DNA of 64,000 bases from Epiperipatus broadwayi (GCA_028023455.1 JAQFVV010000009.1:3968001-4032000); one strand, 5' to 3'; shown: positions 14,515-27,908, counted from the stretch's first letter. Program-made: numbers and translations. The notes: generated from the letters alone by a model not told the origin.

Positions 14515-14748
14515 TATATATATGTATGATTTATTATATATGAAAGTTGAAAGTTTGTGTGTTTGTTACTTAATTCAACAAATGTCCACCAATCTTGATG
14601 AATCTTGCACAATTTTCTTTTTTTTGAGAATTACATAGCTATAGATTTTTGCTTTATGATACTTTATTGTTTTAAAAAAATTATTAACTGTTAATGTGAA
14701 CAAAGTCATGGATACAGAATTTGAAAGTTTGTGCTAGCAGTGTCTTCT
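14515..14748 (+). mobile_element. Possible non-autonomous Helitron-like (DINE/Lep1-type) element
   Basis: gtttgtgtgtttgttac...ccaatcttgatgaa..ttg 5' motif typical of such elements and a ...cttCTAG end. No 3' hairpin was verified. Confidence 0.35.
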
Positions 14749-15669
14749 AGGGAGTGTTTCATCATCTAAAAATAATATTTCCGATCATTGAAAAAAAATG
14801 TATATATTAAAAAGATTCTGGCAATATTTGTGAAGTTATTAAGAAACAAACCAACAAACAATCATGGTTTTCTACCCCTTTTTATAAATATATTGACTAA
14901 AACATACAAGGATGTAACCACTGAGATTAATGCATGTTAGGGACATCCACAGTAACTATCTTTGAATTGAATGTCCTAACTAATTATAATGGTCAAACCA
15001 GGTACCCAGCCATATTTCCTGACCATTCTTTCTATAAAATGGGTTTATGTAAAGATAGCTTCTACTCCTTATCACTATAGATATTATTTATTTATATCTG
15101 CCATACAGCAGGTTAGGGTGCTATTTCTATAATTAAAAAACATCTGTAGATAAGGTTCAAATCCCTCCCTAGCTTCTTTGATATTAAACCCTCCATTACT
15201 CACAATTGGCTCAAGTAGACATTGCAATGCATCACAGCATAAGCATTTTAGTTGACAACAAACATGAACCACACTTATTTTAATCAAAACAATAATAACA
15301 ATAATAAAAAAACAGTATCCCTATCTCCGTATTGTGATCATATAGACTGATATAAGAAATTCATGGAAAATGACTAGTGACTATTTTTAAATGAGTTACA
15401 TATACAAAAATTAGGTTAGTCCTGAATATTTAAAGACTACAAACGTTCATTCACAACAATGATAACAAAAAAAGTTAATTAATAAAAATACCAAAAAAAA
15501 AAAAAGATTAATAAAAAAATAAAAATGAAATAAATAAAAATATAATAACATATTCATTGATATACAAGTTAAAAATATTAATTAAAAAATACCCTATGAA
15601 ATTATTAATGGATGTGCACTTATGAAATATATAAGATAAAAATATTAATTACAAAATATACTATGAAAC

Positions 15670-16060
15670 GGACACTCATTGCTAAGGTTTACAGCCTTGT
15701 TAAAACTATTACTGAAATAATAGTGAGCGTTTGATAAAATTTATAATTACAACTTTAAATTATCGTAATATATTTCTTTCTATAAGATCTTTTCATTAAC
15801 TCGTAGTAAATCGTAAGATTTCGCGAGTATTAATGTATTATAAGAATTGTGGACTTAATTAGTGAAGTATTTAATAGCTTCACACTCTTAGATCAAAACA
15901 CTTCTGCTTCACCTATTTATATATAAAAGTAGGTCGAAGTAAAGAAGGGATTCTCTCTTTTCTTCATAGCGTAAGCATGTGTTTTAAAGACCTACAGAGG
16001 TCCCTAGTGACGATTTTTTCGGACGCTCATTGCTAAGGTTTACAGCCTTGTTAAAACTAT
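15670..16060. mobile_element. 391-bp structured insertion: 351-nt unit plus ~42-nt terminal direct repeat, 8-bp TSD
   Basis: ggac(a/g)ctcattgctaaggtttacagccttgttaaaactatta at 15670 and 16021; TSD tatgaaac at 15662-15669 and 16061-16068; CpG-retaining; multiple hairpins. Confidence 0.85.
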
Positions 16061-16929
16061 TATGAAACATTATATAATTTTAGTTGTTTCTAAGAGTTTA
16101 TTATGTACTTTAATTACTTATTTTAGGTCTATTAATAAGAAATGAACTAATAAATTTTACCTATTTATTTATTATTGTGTGATTCATACTTTTACATCTT
16201 TTAAATACTTACTTTAAATTCAGCAGTTTGATTTTCTGCAGATTTAACTTCTATAAGGTTTATTCATATGACTGGTTTCTTGATTAAGTCAATTTACATA
16301 GATATTAAAGAAGTCCAGTTATGATGAGCTGAATATGTTCATGTAGCTTCAACTGCCATTGGTTTCTGACCTGCCTTCAGTTTCCATACTTAGAATGATT
16401 CCATGGTTAGAATTTTATTTTTAACAGTTTCCATTTCCATTAAGTTGAAATTCAACATCATTCTCTCGTTTATTGTTTACACACACACTCTCTTTTACTT
16501 TATTTTCTAATTTTAGTAAATGAATCTTTGTAGATGGATATCTTAACTAATGGTAAATATGTTTTAAAAAATTACGAGCTTTCTTTTGATTTAAAGAATG
16601 CTCTTTATGATTATTAGGTACATTGTGATAAGATCAGAACATACACCAGGATCTTAGCTGGCCATCACAAATATATCTATATAAGACATATTTTTCATCT
16701 TTACATGGTCAGTCTGTCTCAGTTCCTTGCACTTCATTTCAGCACTTTAGTTTGATTGTGATTTAAAAGGTCAATGACAAGTAAGACAACACCAGAAAAG
16801 ACAAATTAACAAGACACGTGACAAAATATTTTTAGCTTTTTGATAGTTTTTTTCTTATCACTGATTTTTGAAAAGTACTTTTTTTAATCTGACATAATAT
16901 CTAGCACATAAATTCTTTGCTTAGCTGTA

Positions 16930-19900
16930 CTGTAACTGAAACAAATATAATTTCACTTTAGATTAGTTATATTACAAAGGTATATTTAAAAAAAAATGTG
17001 CGTATGTTAAAAGTTAGTTTATGAATTTGCTCGTATTATTAAATATTTATATTATGTGAGAAATCTAATGGTAAAATGCACGGTAAAGGAAGAAAGAAAA
17101 CTTGTTTTGATGTGTGCAAGAAATTTGAATTGGGAAATCTAAAAATGATATTAAAATTTTGGAATTAGTAATATTTTAATAATTATCATTTAACATCTAA
17201 ATGGCAGCAATGAGTTTGCTTTCTTTCTAAATCATTAACTAATGTAAATAAAAAGAGAGGGGGGAAAAAACTATTTTTTTCCTTTCACTCATTTATCTAT
17301 CAAATCATAATAATTTGTTCACTTATGTATCAAATCATGATATGATATTTGTAAAATTATTTCCACAATATGTAAAGAGAATAAAGAAAATGTTTTGCAA
17401 AAGACATGTTGCATTGGTGAAAGCATATTGTTGAACAATATCAGGTAGAAACAAATAAGCTTGAAACAAGCATTGAAGGGATTCCTGTCCAGTCCAGGCA
17501 GTCTAGTGTATTTTAGTTTATTTGAAGACTCATCTCAAAAAGTGATGTTGTAATGATCCAATGCCGAGGAGAGAAACCACTGATTAAAATTGTTTTTCAC
17601 TGTAACTTGAATAGTCATATCTTGCTAATCATTTTACAGTATTTTTAATACTCCAGTTATAATAGCAAGTAAGATAATTTTATCTAGCAGAAAAGTATCT
17701 ACTATGTGTGGCTACCAGCTAAAAGACCTAGAAAATCCAGTCGGATCCAGAAACTAGCACTGAAATTTGCCAAAACCAGTCAGTGCCTGCCTTAATAACA
17801 TTATGAAGTAGTAAATGGACAGTGATTTAAAAATTACTCAAGACCTACTGATACTATATCCAATGTAATATCACTAATGTTTTTGTTTTTCCTCTAGCAT
17901 CACCAATTCCTAGAAAAAAACTATATTAAAAAAACCATATCTGCAGAAAAACATAATTTGGAACAGTTTAAATATTTCATGTTGTAAGATCTTATCATTA
18001 TAGATATTAAAAGACATTAAACTTAAATTAAAAATATCTATTATTATTATATTTAATATATTGTATATGTATCAATAGTTGTGAGTATATGTGCAACAGT
18101 AATATACAGCTAATTCTCTTTTTACATGATGTTTGGTGCTCAAAATTTATGTGTAAAAAATAAATTGTACATATGGAAAATAAAAAGATAGGTTCCAGAT
18201 GTAAAAAAATCAACAAAAATAATTAAATAAACCATATTAAAAAATTCATTAATGATGTACACTTTTGCATGCTATCAAATTTTACTTCATAAACATTGCA
18301 TATAAATAAAAATGAATTAGAGAAAGATAAATTTCATTTGAAAAATAAAAAAATGTAAGAATCAATGAAATGAAAATTAGGCAGAATTTATAATTTGAGT
18401 TTTGAGATTTTATTTGTTGTCATTTTCTGATAATAAATGCATATGTTTGCATATGATTGGAATACCATTGCTATCACTAAATCTTGCAATATCACTGCCA
18501 TCACCAACAATACTTTGATCATTCGGCTCTTCTTTCATTAAAGAAGTTCTCTTTGTAAACTCTTGAACAATTTATGTGCTGTGGTACTGTTATACTTTTA
18601 TGAATGAATTTACTAATTAATGGCTGGATTTGTATAATGGCTAGGTTTTTATACATGTCTCTATAAGATGACAATAGTGATTTCAGATCTCATTGAAACT
18701 TTGAAGCTCATTTCTCATTAGGATCATACTTGACAAAATGATTACCTAATTGGTTAGCAAGATCAAGATATTTAATTAAATTAGAATTTACACTAGATCA
18801 TCATCTTCGTGAACACTGTCTTCTTTAGAACAGGAGTTTGAAGAACAATATCATTTTCCCCTCATTTAATGCTTTATCAACTAAGAACAATTCATCGACA
18901 TCTTCAGATGACATGATTGAATCTTTCTCCACCAATTGAGTGGGTCATTACCATGATGTTGGAAAATTCAGTCATATTAGAGTTAACAGGATCTTTGCTT
19001 TTCAGATATTCTGGCCAAATAGGTTTCCAACATCCATTCAAAGTTGAAGATCTTAATTCAAGTAATGTTAATCCAAATTGATTCACACAATCCAGAATTG
19101 CAAATTTCATCCACACATCTATGACACTTGATGCTTTAACATTTAATTTGTCCAAAATATATTGAAATGTTCAATTTACATAATAAGTTTTAAATGTTGC
19201 AGTAATTCTTTAGACTAATGGTTGAATCAAAAATGTGGTATTAAGTGACAAAAAACAAAATGATACATTTGGGTATTCCAAGACTGGATGACCATGGAAA
19301 TTATCTAGAATCAATAGAACTAGAAATTCTAGATCTTTGGCATTTATATATCATCTAACTTCTGGAATAAAACATTCATTGAACTACTCCAATAAAATTT
19401 CAGTGGTGACCTAAGCCTTTTTATTTGCTATACAGTAAACTGGTAAGTTATTCAAATCTACATCTTTTATTGAACATGTTTTTTTGGGCTTGATTATCAA
19501 GCAGAGGTTTCAATATGTAATCTTCTGAAGCATTGGATCAGAATACCAAAGTGAAGTGATCTTTTACTACTTTAAAACCACCAGCAGCTTTCTACGATTT
19601 TGCTATGTAAGTTCTACTTGGCATTCTCTTCCAAAAAAGACCACTTTTATCAACATTCCAAACTTGATCAAAATTGTATTCTCCATCTTCAATAATTTTA
19701 GTTAATTTTTTGGAAATTCTTTGGTAGCCATTTCGTCTGTGGATGCAGTTTCATCTGTTATTTTAAGGTTATGAAGTGCATGTCTTTCAAGAAACTTTTT
19801 CATCCTTCCCATACTTGCAAAAAATTTACATTCCCTATTTAACTCAGATGAAGTGTCTGGCTCAATTTCTTTAATTTGTTTGTAAATTTTTAGTGCTGTT

Positions 19901-21260
19901 TGCTTGATGGCATTTCCATCTACTGGTGCTCTTTTTTCTGACATTTCTTCTATCCACATTACTAAGAGTTTTTCCATTTTTTCTTAACAATATTTGTTGT
20001 GTAAAATGATGATTTAGCATTCAATTTTGTTGCAGAATATATTATCTTTCTAATAGCAGCTTTTTTATCTTTAATACTTGTTATAGTAGCTTCATGTAAA
20101 TCAAAATGCTTTTTTACAGATATTGCTCCTTCTCTGGTTGTAAGACAATCTAAAATTTGAATTTTGGTGTCCAAAGAAATTGCTTTCCTCATCTTTTTTG
20201 TAGGTGGATTATTTGACATTATATGAGGCTACAAAAAAATATTTCAGATTTAATTAACAAAATATAAATTCAAAAATATGCATCCAATGTATAACTTACT
20301 ATCTATTGATTCTTGAAAAAATTAAAAAATTAAATTTAAACAAAATTAAATTTTTTTAACATCAACACCAATTAGGAACATTTTTTTTTTAAAAAAAAAA
20401 ACCTAATGTCAAAATGCAAACAAAGCATCAATACCAAAAAGGCACTTCCCCTTTCAAAACAAAACATCAAAAATGTTACAATGCAGACAAGCAAATTCCC
20501 CCCATTTGCAAGAATATTTCCAAAAAGTGGATTTTTGTTTTTAAAATAATGAGAAATAAAAAGACAAAATATTTTTTTTTAATTAGATGATAATAACAGA
20601 TATAATTTTTAAAAAAATTTTTTTTAACCAATCCCGTTATTTTAAAACAACTTATATAGAAAGAAAAATTTTCTTCTTTTTTTAAAACTTATATTATTTC
20701 AAAATCATGCAAAAAAAATTGTGTAAAAAGACAATTAAGTGTGTATTCATTGTTAATAAAGTGTTACATTATTTCTATTAATACATTTAGTTTGGATTAG
20801 TTTATCTAACTCAATTCAAACATTATGCTTTTAGTACCCAATACACTAATAATATAAACAACCCTGAGAAATCATGCAATACACTGCGGGATATATAGGG
20901 ATGGTGGTAATAATTTGTAAATGATGATGATCATGTTTTACTAAGTTTTCTAAAAAACAAACTTTCTATTCAGAAGTTTGACACTTGAGTTTCATTTTTT
21001 ATTTCTATTTTATTAAAACTAAAAAACAAATAAAACTTTTGGGAGAACTTGCATTTATGTCATAAGCCATCATAATTATCATTTGATTAATAGATTATAT
21101 AAATGAATTGAATCATTTTTAAATTTTTATTAATCATTCAACTTTTATCTTATATAAATATTTATTGTGAATTAAGATTTATGGTACATCTTTGATTCCT
21201 GGTTCATGATTACTATTGCATAAGGAAATACCATTACATATTTAGTACCCAACATAGAGT
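16930..21260 (+). repeat. Ancient duplicated segment, copy 1 (16930-18071 + 20738-21260), split by a ~2.7-kb insertion
   Basis: Colinear with 24310-26150 at ~75% by eye (e.g. aaaggaagaaagaaaacttgttttgatg, gagagaaaccactgattaaaatt, aatgatgatgatcatg). Confidence 0.85.
18660..20219 (-). mobile_element. Decayed Tigger/pogo (TIGD1-like) DNA transposase
   Basis: RKAISLDTKIQIL psq-HTH; MEKLLVMWIEE..FxASxG..KFLERH CENP-B HTH; QVWNVDKSGLFWKRMPSRTY and IQPL DDE-domain motifs; stops and frameshifts present; TIRs not recognised. Confidence 0.9.
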
Positions 21261-21576
21261 ATGAACATCCCCTTTTTATACCCAATATGACTTCTGTATA
21301 TTATATATTTGGTGCAACAACATTGTGGCCTGAACATCTCTTTTCTTATGCTTACATTTCATTTATGTGTAATCATATAATGTACTGAATATTAGAGCAT
21401 GAATACATTCAGTATATTGCGGTATATAATAAGTATAATACAATAAATGTTTGGAATGAAAAATAAGATTAGTGTTTATACAAAAAAATCTATGCACTAA
21501 TATTTTATGAAAGCAACAGTTTAAGCCTATATAAGTAAGATAATATTTAATAAATGGCAGTGTGTGTGTATATATA

Positions 21577-22118
21577 TAAAATTAAGAGCATGCTAATTAG
21601 TTCTAAACAACCTTTTTTTTTTTTATTTATGATAAATGCTCTTAATTTTACATATTTGTAAGTGCAAGCTATATATAAGTCATGTGAAATCTGACTTTTT
21701 ATTATTACTATTATTATTTTGCTGTTGGGCTTTGGCTAAATTAAATGGCTAAGCCTACTAATATATGGAGTATCTGAATGAAGTTCAGGCCCATATGATT
21801 TTTTCAGTTGGAGAGCTGACATTAAAGACATGTAGATGTCTAAAAGTTTAAGATCTTCTTCTAACAATTAACTTTTAGATAAATGCTTTGCTTGAGTTGG
21901 TTTTTTGAATCTAATGTCCCAACTCCTCACTGAAGAGACCCATAGGTTGAAACCAGTCTGGGGATGGGGACAATCCAAAATAAAATGATTTGAATGCCTT
22001 CTCTTGTAGTAGCATCTATCATAAATAAAAAAAAAGCTTGTTTAGAGCTAATTAGCATGCTCTTAATTTTACATATTTGTAAGTGCAAGCTATATATGTC
22101 ATGTGACATCTGACTTTT

Positions 22119-22122
<4 letters not shown>
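21577..22122 (+). mobile_element. Retrozyme-like unit (family 2): 421-nt period with terminal redundancy and a central HHR
   Basis: Direct repeat atgctcttaattttacatatttgtaagtgcaagctatatat..gtcatgtga(a/c)atctgactttttatta at 21636 and 22057; HHR at 21925-21963; homologous to the 2.1-2.6 kb unit (tttt.aatctaatg, gtcatgtgacat.tgactt). Confidence 0.75.
21916..21971 (+). ncRNA. Near-canonical type-I hammerhead ribozyme
   Basis: cctca-CTGAAGA-gacc-cata-ggtt-GAAA-ccag-TC-tgggg. Stem I is 5 bp plus distal gtccc/gggac; stem II is 4 bp; predicted cleavage after C21958. Confidence 0.82.

Positions 22123-22188
<66 letters not shown>
22122..22188. repeat. (TA)n microsatellite
   Basis: About 33 TA units read directly. 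Confidence 0.97.
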
Positions 22189-22191
<3 letters not shown>

Positions 22192-22364
22192 GGCAGAGAT
22201 ATATCACATTATTTTGAAGAAGATTGCATATGAAGGGTTGAGACATATGTTTTATTTAATGATGGTATATAAAGAAAAAAGATTTAAATTTGTAATTCTG
22301 CATAAAAAGAATAATCAACAAGAAAATTATAAAACATTGTTTTATGTAGATAATAACAAGAAGG

Positions 22365-23500
22365 ATGAAAGCACAATTAAACGTGGATCCACTAGCAACA
22401 CAAGAACCAATGCAGCCAACTGAACCAGAGCTGATAGAGGGAGAATCTATTCTGACAGTGCAAAAACCAGATACACTTAATAGTAAAATGCTGTATGCAT
22501 TTTTGAGAGAAAAACGAATTTATAAAAGAAATAGAACAAAGAAATAAAGAAATGCTTCTAAATCTATTAAAAGAAGTGCATTTAAAAATGAAAAAACATA
22601 ACAAAGAAATTAGGTAATGCTGAAAAAAGAATTTAAAGAAATGCATTTAAACCTTGAAGAAAAACAACAACAACAACAAAAAAAGATGCTGAGTTCAAAG
22701 AAATGCACTCAAAAAATGAAGAACTGCATTAAAAAATAAATGAAAACTTTGAAATGGTACAAGTGACTATAAGCAGTCTAAAACTGTAAATAGCAGGTCA
22801 AATACAAGATCAAATACAACAGAAAATGGAGTGTATAGAAAGAAGATGACATAGTGATTTAGATAATATGATTCAAAAATATATTGAATCTTCTGAAAAT
22901 AAATTACAGGAAAGTGTGCAAAATATAGTAGAAAGAGTAGAAAAAAGGGGGAGGAGAAAATAAATGAGAGTTTGAATTTAGTTAAAAACCTAAAATTGAT
23001 AATTTAAAAGTAGACTTTTATAATGATGCTATTGAAGACAAAATAAAAATTCAGGCATTCATAAGAACAATGAAGTAGGTGATAATTTTAATAGTAATGA
23101 AACTAAAAATCTTATAGAGGAGTGCCAGAGTTCATTGTTTAAGTAATCTTTTTATCTTTAAGCAACAAGATAAATTCTACTGTCTAAATATTAAAAAGAT
23201 GAATGATGAGGAACATACGAAAAAAATTAAAAATAGAAGTGCTGCTTGATGTTGTAAATCTTATAAAAATAAAAAGGCTAAATAATATAGGAAGATTAAA
23301 AAGAGTAAAATGCTCTAATAGTATCATGACTTTAAATCAATGGATTACCTTTGACATATTGTCAAGTTCTACTGCCAGTGTATTGAATGAAAAAAAAAAT
23401 GGAAAAAATAGAAAGTTGAAAGTAAAATATCCACTCCAGAATGAAAAGAAAATTATATTTTTTGAGTTATTCCAAATGATATCTCCATCACTAAAAACAT
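22365..23500 (+). pseudogene. Frameshifted coiled-coil ORF remnant, probably a retroelement gag/ORF1 N-terminus
   Basis: MKAQLNVDP... continues after a frameshift as E/K/Q-rich heptad-like sequence (NEFIKEIEQRNKEMLL..); no diagnostic motif. Confidence 0.35.
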
Positions 23501-24309
23501 ATTCAGAGAGAGGTAAAACTTAATTTTGTAAAAATAAATGATGGTATATTCTCTGTTGCCCATGAATCTGTTAAAAGGAAAAATGTGTTAAGGAAAAATG
23601 AAATTATATAATGAATTAAAAGATAAAATATACGACAATATCAAAAGTGACATTAAAATTAACAAAAAGAGAAATTATCAGCTTTCTAGAAAGCAAGAGT
23701 GTCTTATGGATAACGTTGAAATAAATAAAAAAAATAGTAATCATTTAAGTGATAAATAATAAATAAACAGCTATAAAACATAGGACCAGAACAGCTAAAT
23801 TGATTTCTGCAGAGAATAAAAAAAAAATTGTTGTTAGTTTGTTTAGATATATTCTATTACTAATGATGTATTGTGATTTGGTTATATATATGAGAACTAT
23901 GTTGTCATGTGACAATTGAAATGTATCTTGTCAAGTATGACCACAACATATTATTTCAAGTGAGTGTTTATTGAATTTATCATCCTCTAAGAATCAAAAG
24001 GGAGCAAGGCTTATATTTAATTTTTGATGGGTTGTGGGTATTTTAACAGAATTTAAACTGAGAGAATTCATCTAGTGTTCATGATTTTATTGTATATCTT
24101 AATGTCCTGTGATGGAATTTTTATAGTTCATAGTGTTCAAATCCTATTCATTCTTTATACAGTTTAACATCAATCAAATCTCTGAACAGTGAAATTTTAG
24201 ATATGTGTATTCTGTAAAACACTACTTATGAAAATAATCATAGTAAGCTTATAACTGAAAAAGGAAAAATTACAACTTCCCATTTGTCCTCATTTTAAAA
24301 AGAAGAGAT

Positions 24310-26150
24310 TTGTAACGAAAACAAATTTGATCACAGCTCAAATTAGTTATATTACAAAGATATATATAAACTGTGTGTGTATATAGTGCATACATATCAT
24401 TTGAATAAAAAAATTAAAAGAAAAGTTAGTTTATGCATTAGTCATATTATTAAATATTTACTTTATAATATATGAGAAACTTAATGATAAAATGCACTGT
24501 AAAGGAAGAAAGAAAACTTGTTTTGATGCGGGAAGAAGTTTGAATTGCGTAATTTATAAAAATCTGAAGCATTTTATACCTTTTTTTAAATGGAGTTTTA
24601 AATAAAATTTTCCCATATTTTTATAGTAAATTTTATGGAAAATTTAAAAATGATTGTAAAATTTTGCAATTGGTAATATTTTAAAGGTTAACATTTAAAA
24701 TTTAAATGTTGCAATGATTTTTCTTTCTTTTTAAATCGTTAACTAATGTTTTAAATAGAGAAAATAAAAACTATTTTTTTTTTTTTCATTCATTTATCTA
24801 CAAAATCATAATAATTTATTCATTTATGTTTCAAATCATGGTATGACATCTGTAAAGTTGTTTCTACAAGATGTTGTGAAAAGAATAAAGAAAATGTTTT
24901 TCAAAAAAAACATGTTGTAAGGAAACAAGTCAAATCTTATAACTAGCGAGTGTCAAATCCATCATTTGGAAAACATGTTAAATAGAGATAAATCAAATAG
25001 TGATAAATAAATCTGGAACAAGCAAGTAAGGGATTCCAGTCCACTACAGGTAGTCTGATCTACTTTAGTTTATTTGAAAACTCATCTCAAGAAGCTGTGT
25101 CACAGTGACCCAATATCAATGAGAGAAACCACTGATTAAAATTTTCTATTATCATTTGGATAGCCATATCTTACTGACTGCTTTACAGTATTTTTTAATA
25201 CTCCAGTTATAATAGCAATTACAATGAGTTTGTCTAGCAGAAAACTATCTACCATGCATGATTAGACAATCAAAAATCATACCAGCCAAAACATTCAGAA
25301 ACTGAATCCCAAAACTAAAGATGAAGTTTGTCAAAACTAGCCAGTGCTGCCTTAATAATGTCATGAAGAAATAAATGACAGTATCATAAGAATAATTCAA
25401 GACCTACTGATATTATATCTTATGTAACATCACTAATGCTACTATATTTTGTCTTTAACATCACCAGTGCCCAGAAGAACAACTACCATCTTTGTCAGAA
25501 TTAATAAAATCTGCAGAAAATTATGATTTGGAAATGTTTAAATATTTTATGTGTAAGATATTATTATAAATATTTTAAGGCCTTAAACTTAAATTTAAAT
25601 TAAAAATATCTTCTACATTATTATCATATTTAATATTTTGTATATGTATACAGTTTATTCATTATTAATAAATTAAATTATTTTTATTAATCTATTTAAT
25701 TTGTGTTAGCTTATCAAACATTATGCTTTTAATATTCAATATACTAATAATAATATTAAAAATCATATGCAGGTACTGTGGTAATAATTTATAAATGATG
25801 ATGATCATGCATTAACAAGGTTTCCAAAAAGTAAACTTTCTATTCTGAAGATTTGGTATCTAAGAGTTTCATTTTTTTATTTTATTGAAACTTAAAAACA
25901 AATAAAATACTTTGGGAGGACTTTTACTTATGTTGTAAATCATCAGTATCATTTGATTCGTATTATTTGATTATATTTAAATTCAATCATATTTTTAAAA
26001 TTTTATTAACCATTCAACTTTCATCTAATATAAATATTGACTATGAATCAAGATTTATGGTACATATTTAATATATTATTGTATATCTTTGGTTCCTAGT
26101 TTAAACCTGTTTACCCTTGCATAAAGTAATAGCATTACAGTACATATATA
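24310..26150 (+). repeat. Ancient duplicated segment, copy 2 (uninterrupted)
   Basis: Homologous to 16930-18071 joined to 20738-21260. Confidence 0.85.
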
Positions 26151-27265
26151 TTTTTAAAAGTTTTTAATTAGTTTATTGCTTTAATTACATTGTTAATTAA
26201 TGCGGGATTTACTAACTCTTCATCTAAATTTTTGCTTAATCAAATCTTATCAAAATTCTAACTATTCAGAATTAAATTTTTTTTCTTATATATATATATA
26301 TTTTTGTTTAATTAATTAAATCTGTGGTTTTCTCTATTAATTTTTATTTTATTTTTTAAAAAATTATTACTTAGTTTATAAAATGTTTATTATTTAATTT
26401 ATTAATATAAATTTGTTCTACTAATATATGGAGAAACTTATTTTATACAATTTTAAACCACTAAACATCATATAGATCACCACTTCATCATGCTTGCACT
26501 TAACTGTTACTGCATGGACAGTTTTGCCTGTTTTATACAATTTTCTTTTCCTTTTTCTTTACCTACATGTACCAATATTAGTGGCAATTGTAGCATACTA
26601 CAATTCATAAGGATAATAAAAATATATTTGAACAATTATTTAAAATATTGTAATGAATTGATTCTTAATTTATTTGCATATTGCTATTACTTTAATAATA
26701 AGTAATTTAGAAAAATCATGTTTGAAAGATTGATCATCTGGTATAGTGAGTATCAGAAATAGGTGTTATAGTATAATTTATATATTTCAATAATAATTAA
26801 AAGATTTTTACTCAATAATCAGGATAAATACTACGGTTCTAAAATAAATAATTCAGGAATATGTAAATTAAAGACAGCTCTATTATGTGTAAGTCATCAA
26901 TAATCCTTTATCATTTATCCTTATATATATATAAATTTCAAAAATCTGTTGTTGTTAAGTTATGAATTTTTGCTTTATGGTTTTAAAAAATTTGGTAATT
27001 TTCTATTAATGTGAGTGAATCCATGGGAACAACTAATTAAAAATATTTTTTAAAACATCATCTTATTTTAGTATTTTATTCTATCAGTATCAGATCGGCC
27101 TAATGTATAATTAATAGTTACTATCTACAAAAAAAACCTGTTCTTTTTACCAATAAATTAATTGGTATTAAATAATATGTATATTGTTAGACTATATAAA
27201 TACAATTTATCCACTACTTTGAATACTTTTTAGCAAAAACCTTTTATTGATCTATATTCATACAC

Positions 27266-27304
27266 AATCTTATGCTTTGATGTCCTGCAGTTTTCTTCAT
27301 AATT
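27266..27304 (-). ncRNA. Degenerate HHR, inverted copy of 27909-27948
   Basis: Minus strand reads aatt-ATGAAGA-a-aactg-cagga-ca-tc-AAAG-ca-TA-agatt. Confidence 0.45.
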
Positions 27305-27908
27305 ATGATGTAATGAACAACATAAAATAAAATACATAACTATATAAATAATACCATAAAAGGTAAACAATAAAATTAATAAAATAATAAAAACATAAAA
27401 TATAACAAAACATAATAAAACTGAAATAAATATAATCAAGCTCAAATAAAATAATTTAGTTAATATAAAATAAAATATACAATTTAAATATAAAATAAAT
27501 TATACATGTGTATTCATAACTGTATACATACATATTTATGAACAATTATTAATTTAAATATATTATTCCTTTTTTTAATAATCTTCTAATTACTTCTATT
27601 TCTTATAAACTTAAACTTTAAGTCTATTATTTCCACCTTTATAAAATACTTAATAATTTTATATCCATGTAATTCTTAATGCAACCTTAATTCATTTAAT
27701 ATTCTTTTTAATATTTAAATCATATACTATCTATTATTCTCTTATTTATTCTTCTGTTATTAATATTTTATCTTTATTTTTTTAATATCTAAAAACTATA
27801 AATATTGCAATATTTTTACTTATCCATTTTTATTTTTTTTAAAGTAAAAAAATGTTTTTATGATATTATTTGTATAGTTATGTATTTTATTTTATGTTAT
27901 TATATCAT

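Noticed and set aside
15670-15735. Twister-ribozyme-like loop GGTTTACAGCC and P2/P4/P5-like topology
   Set aside because: Lacks the conserved UAA and GA-T1 internal loop; the closing helix is continuous.
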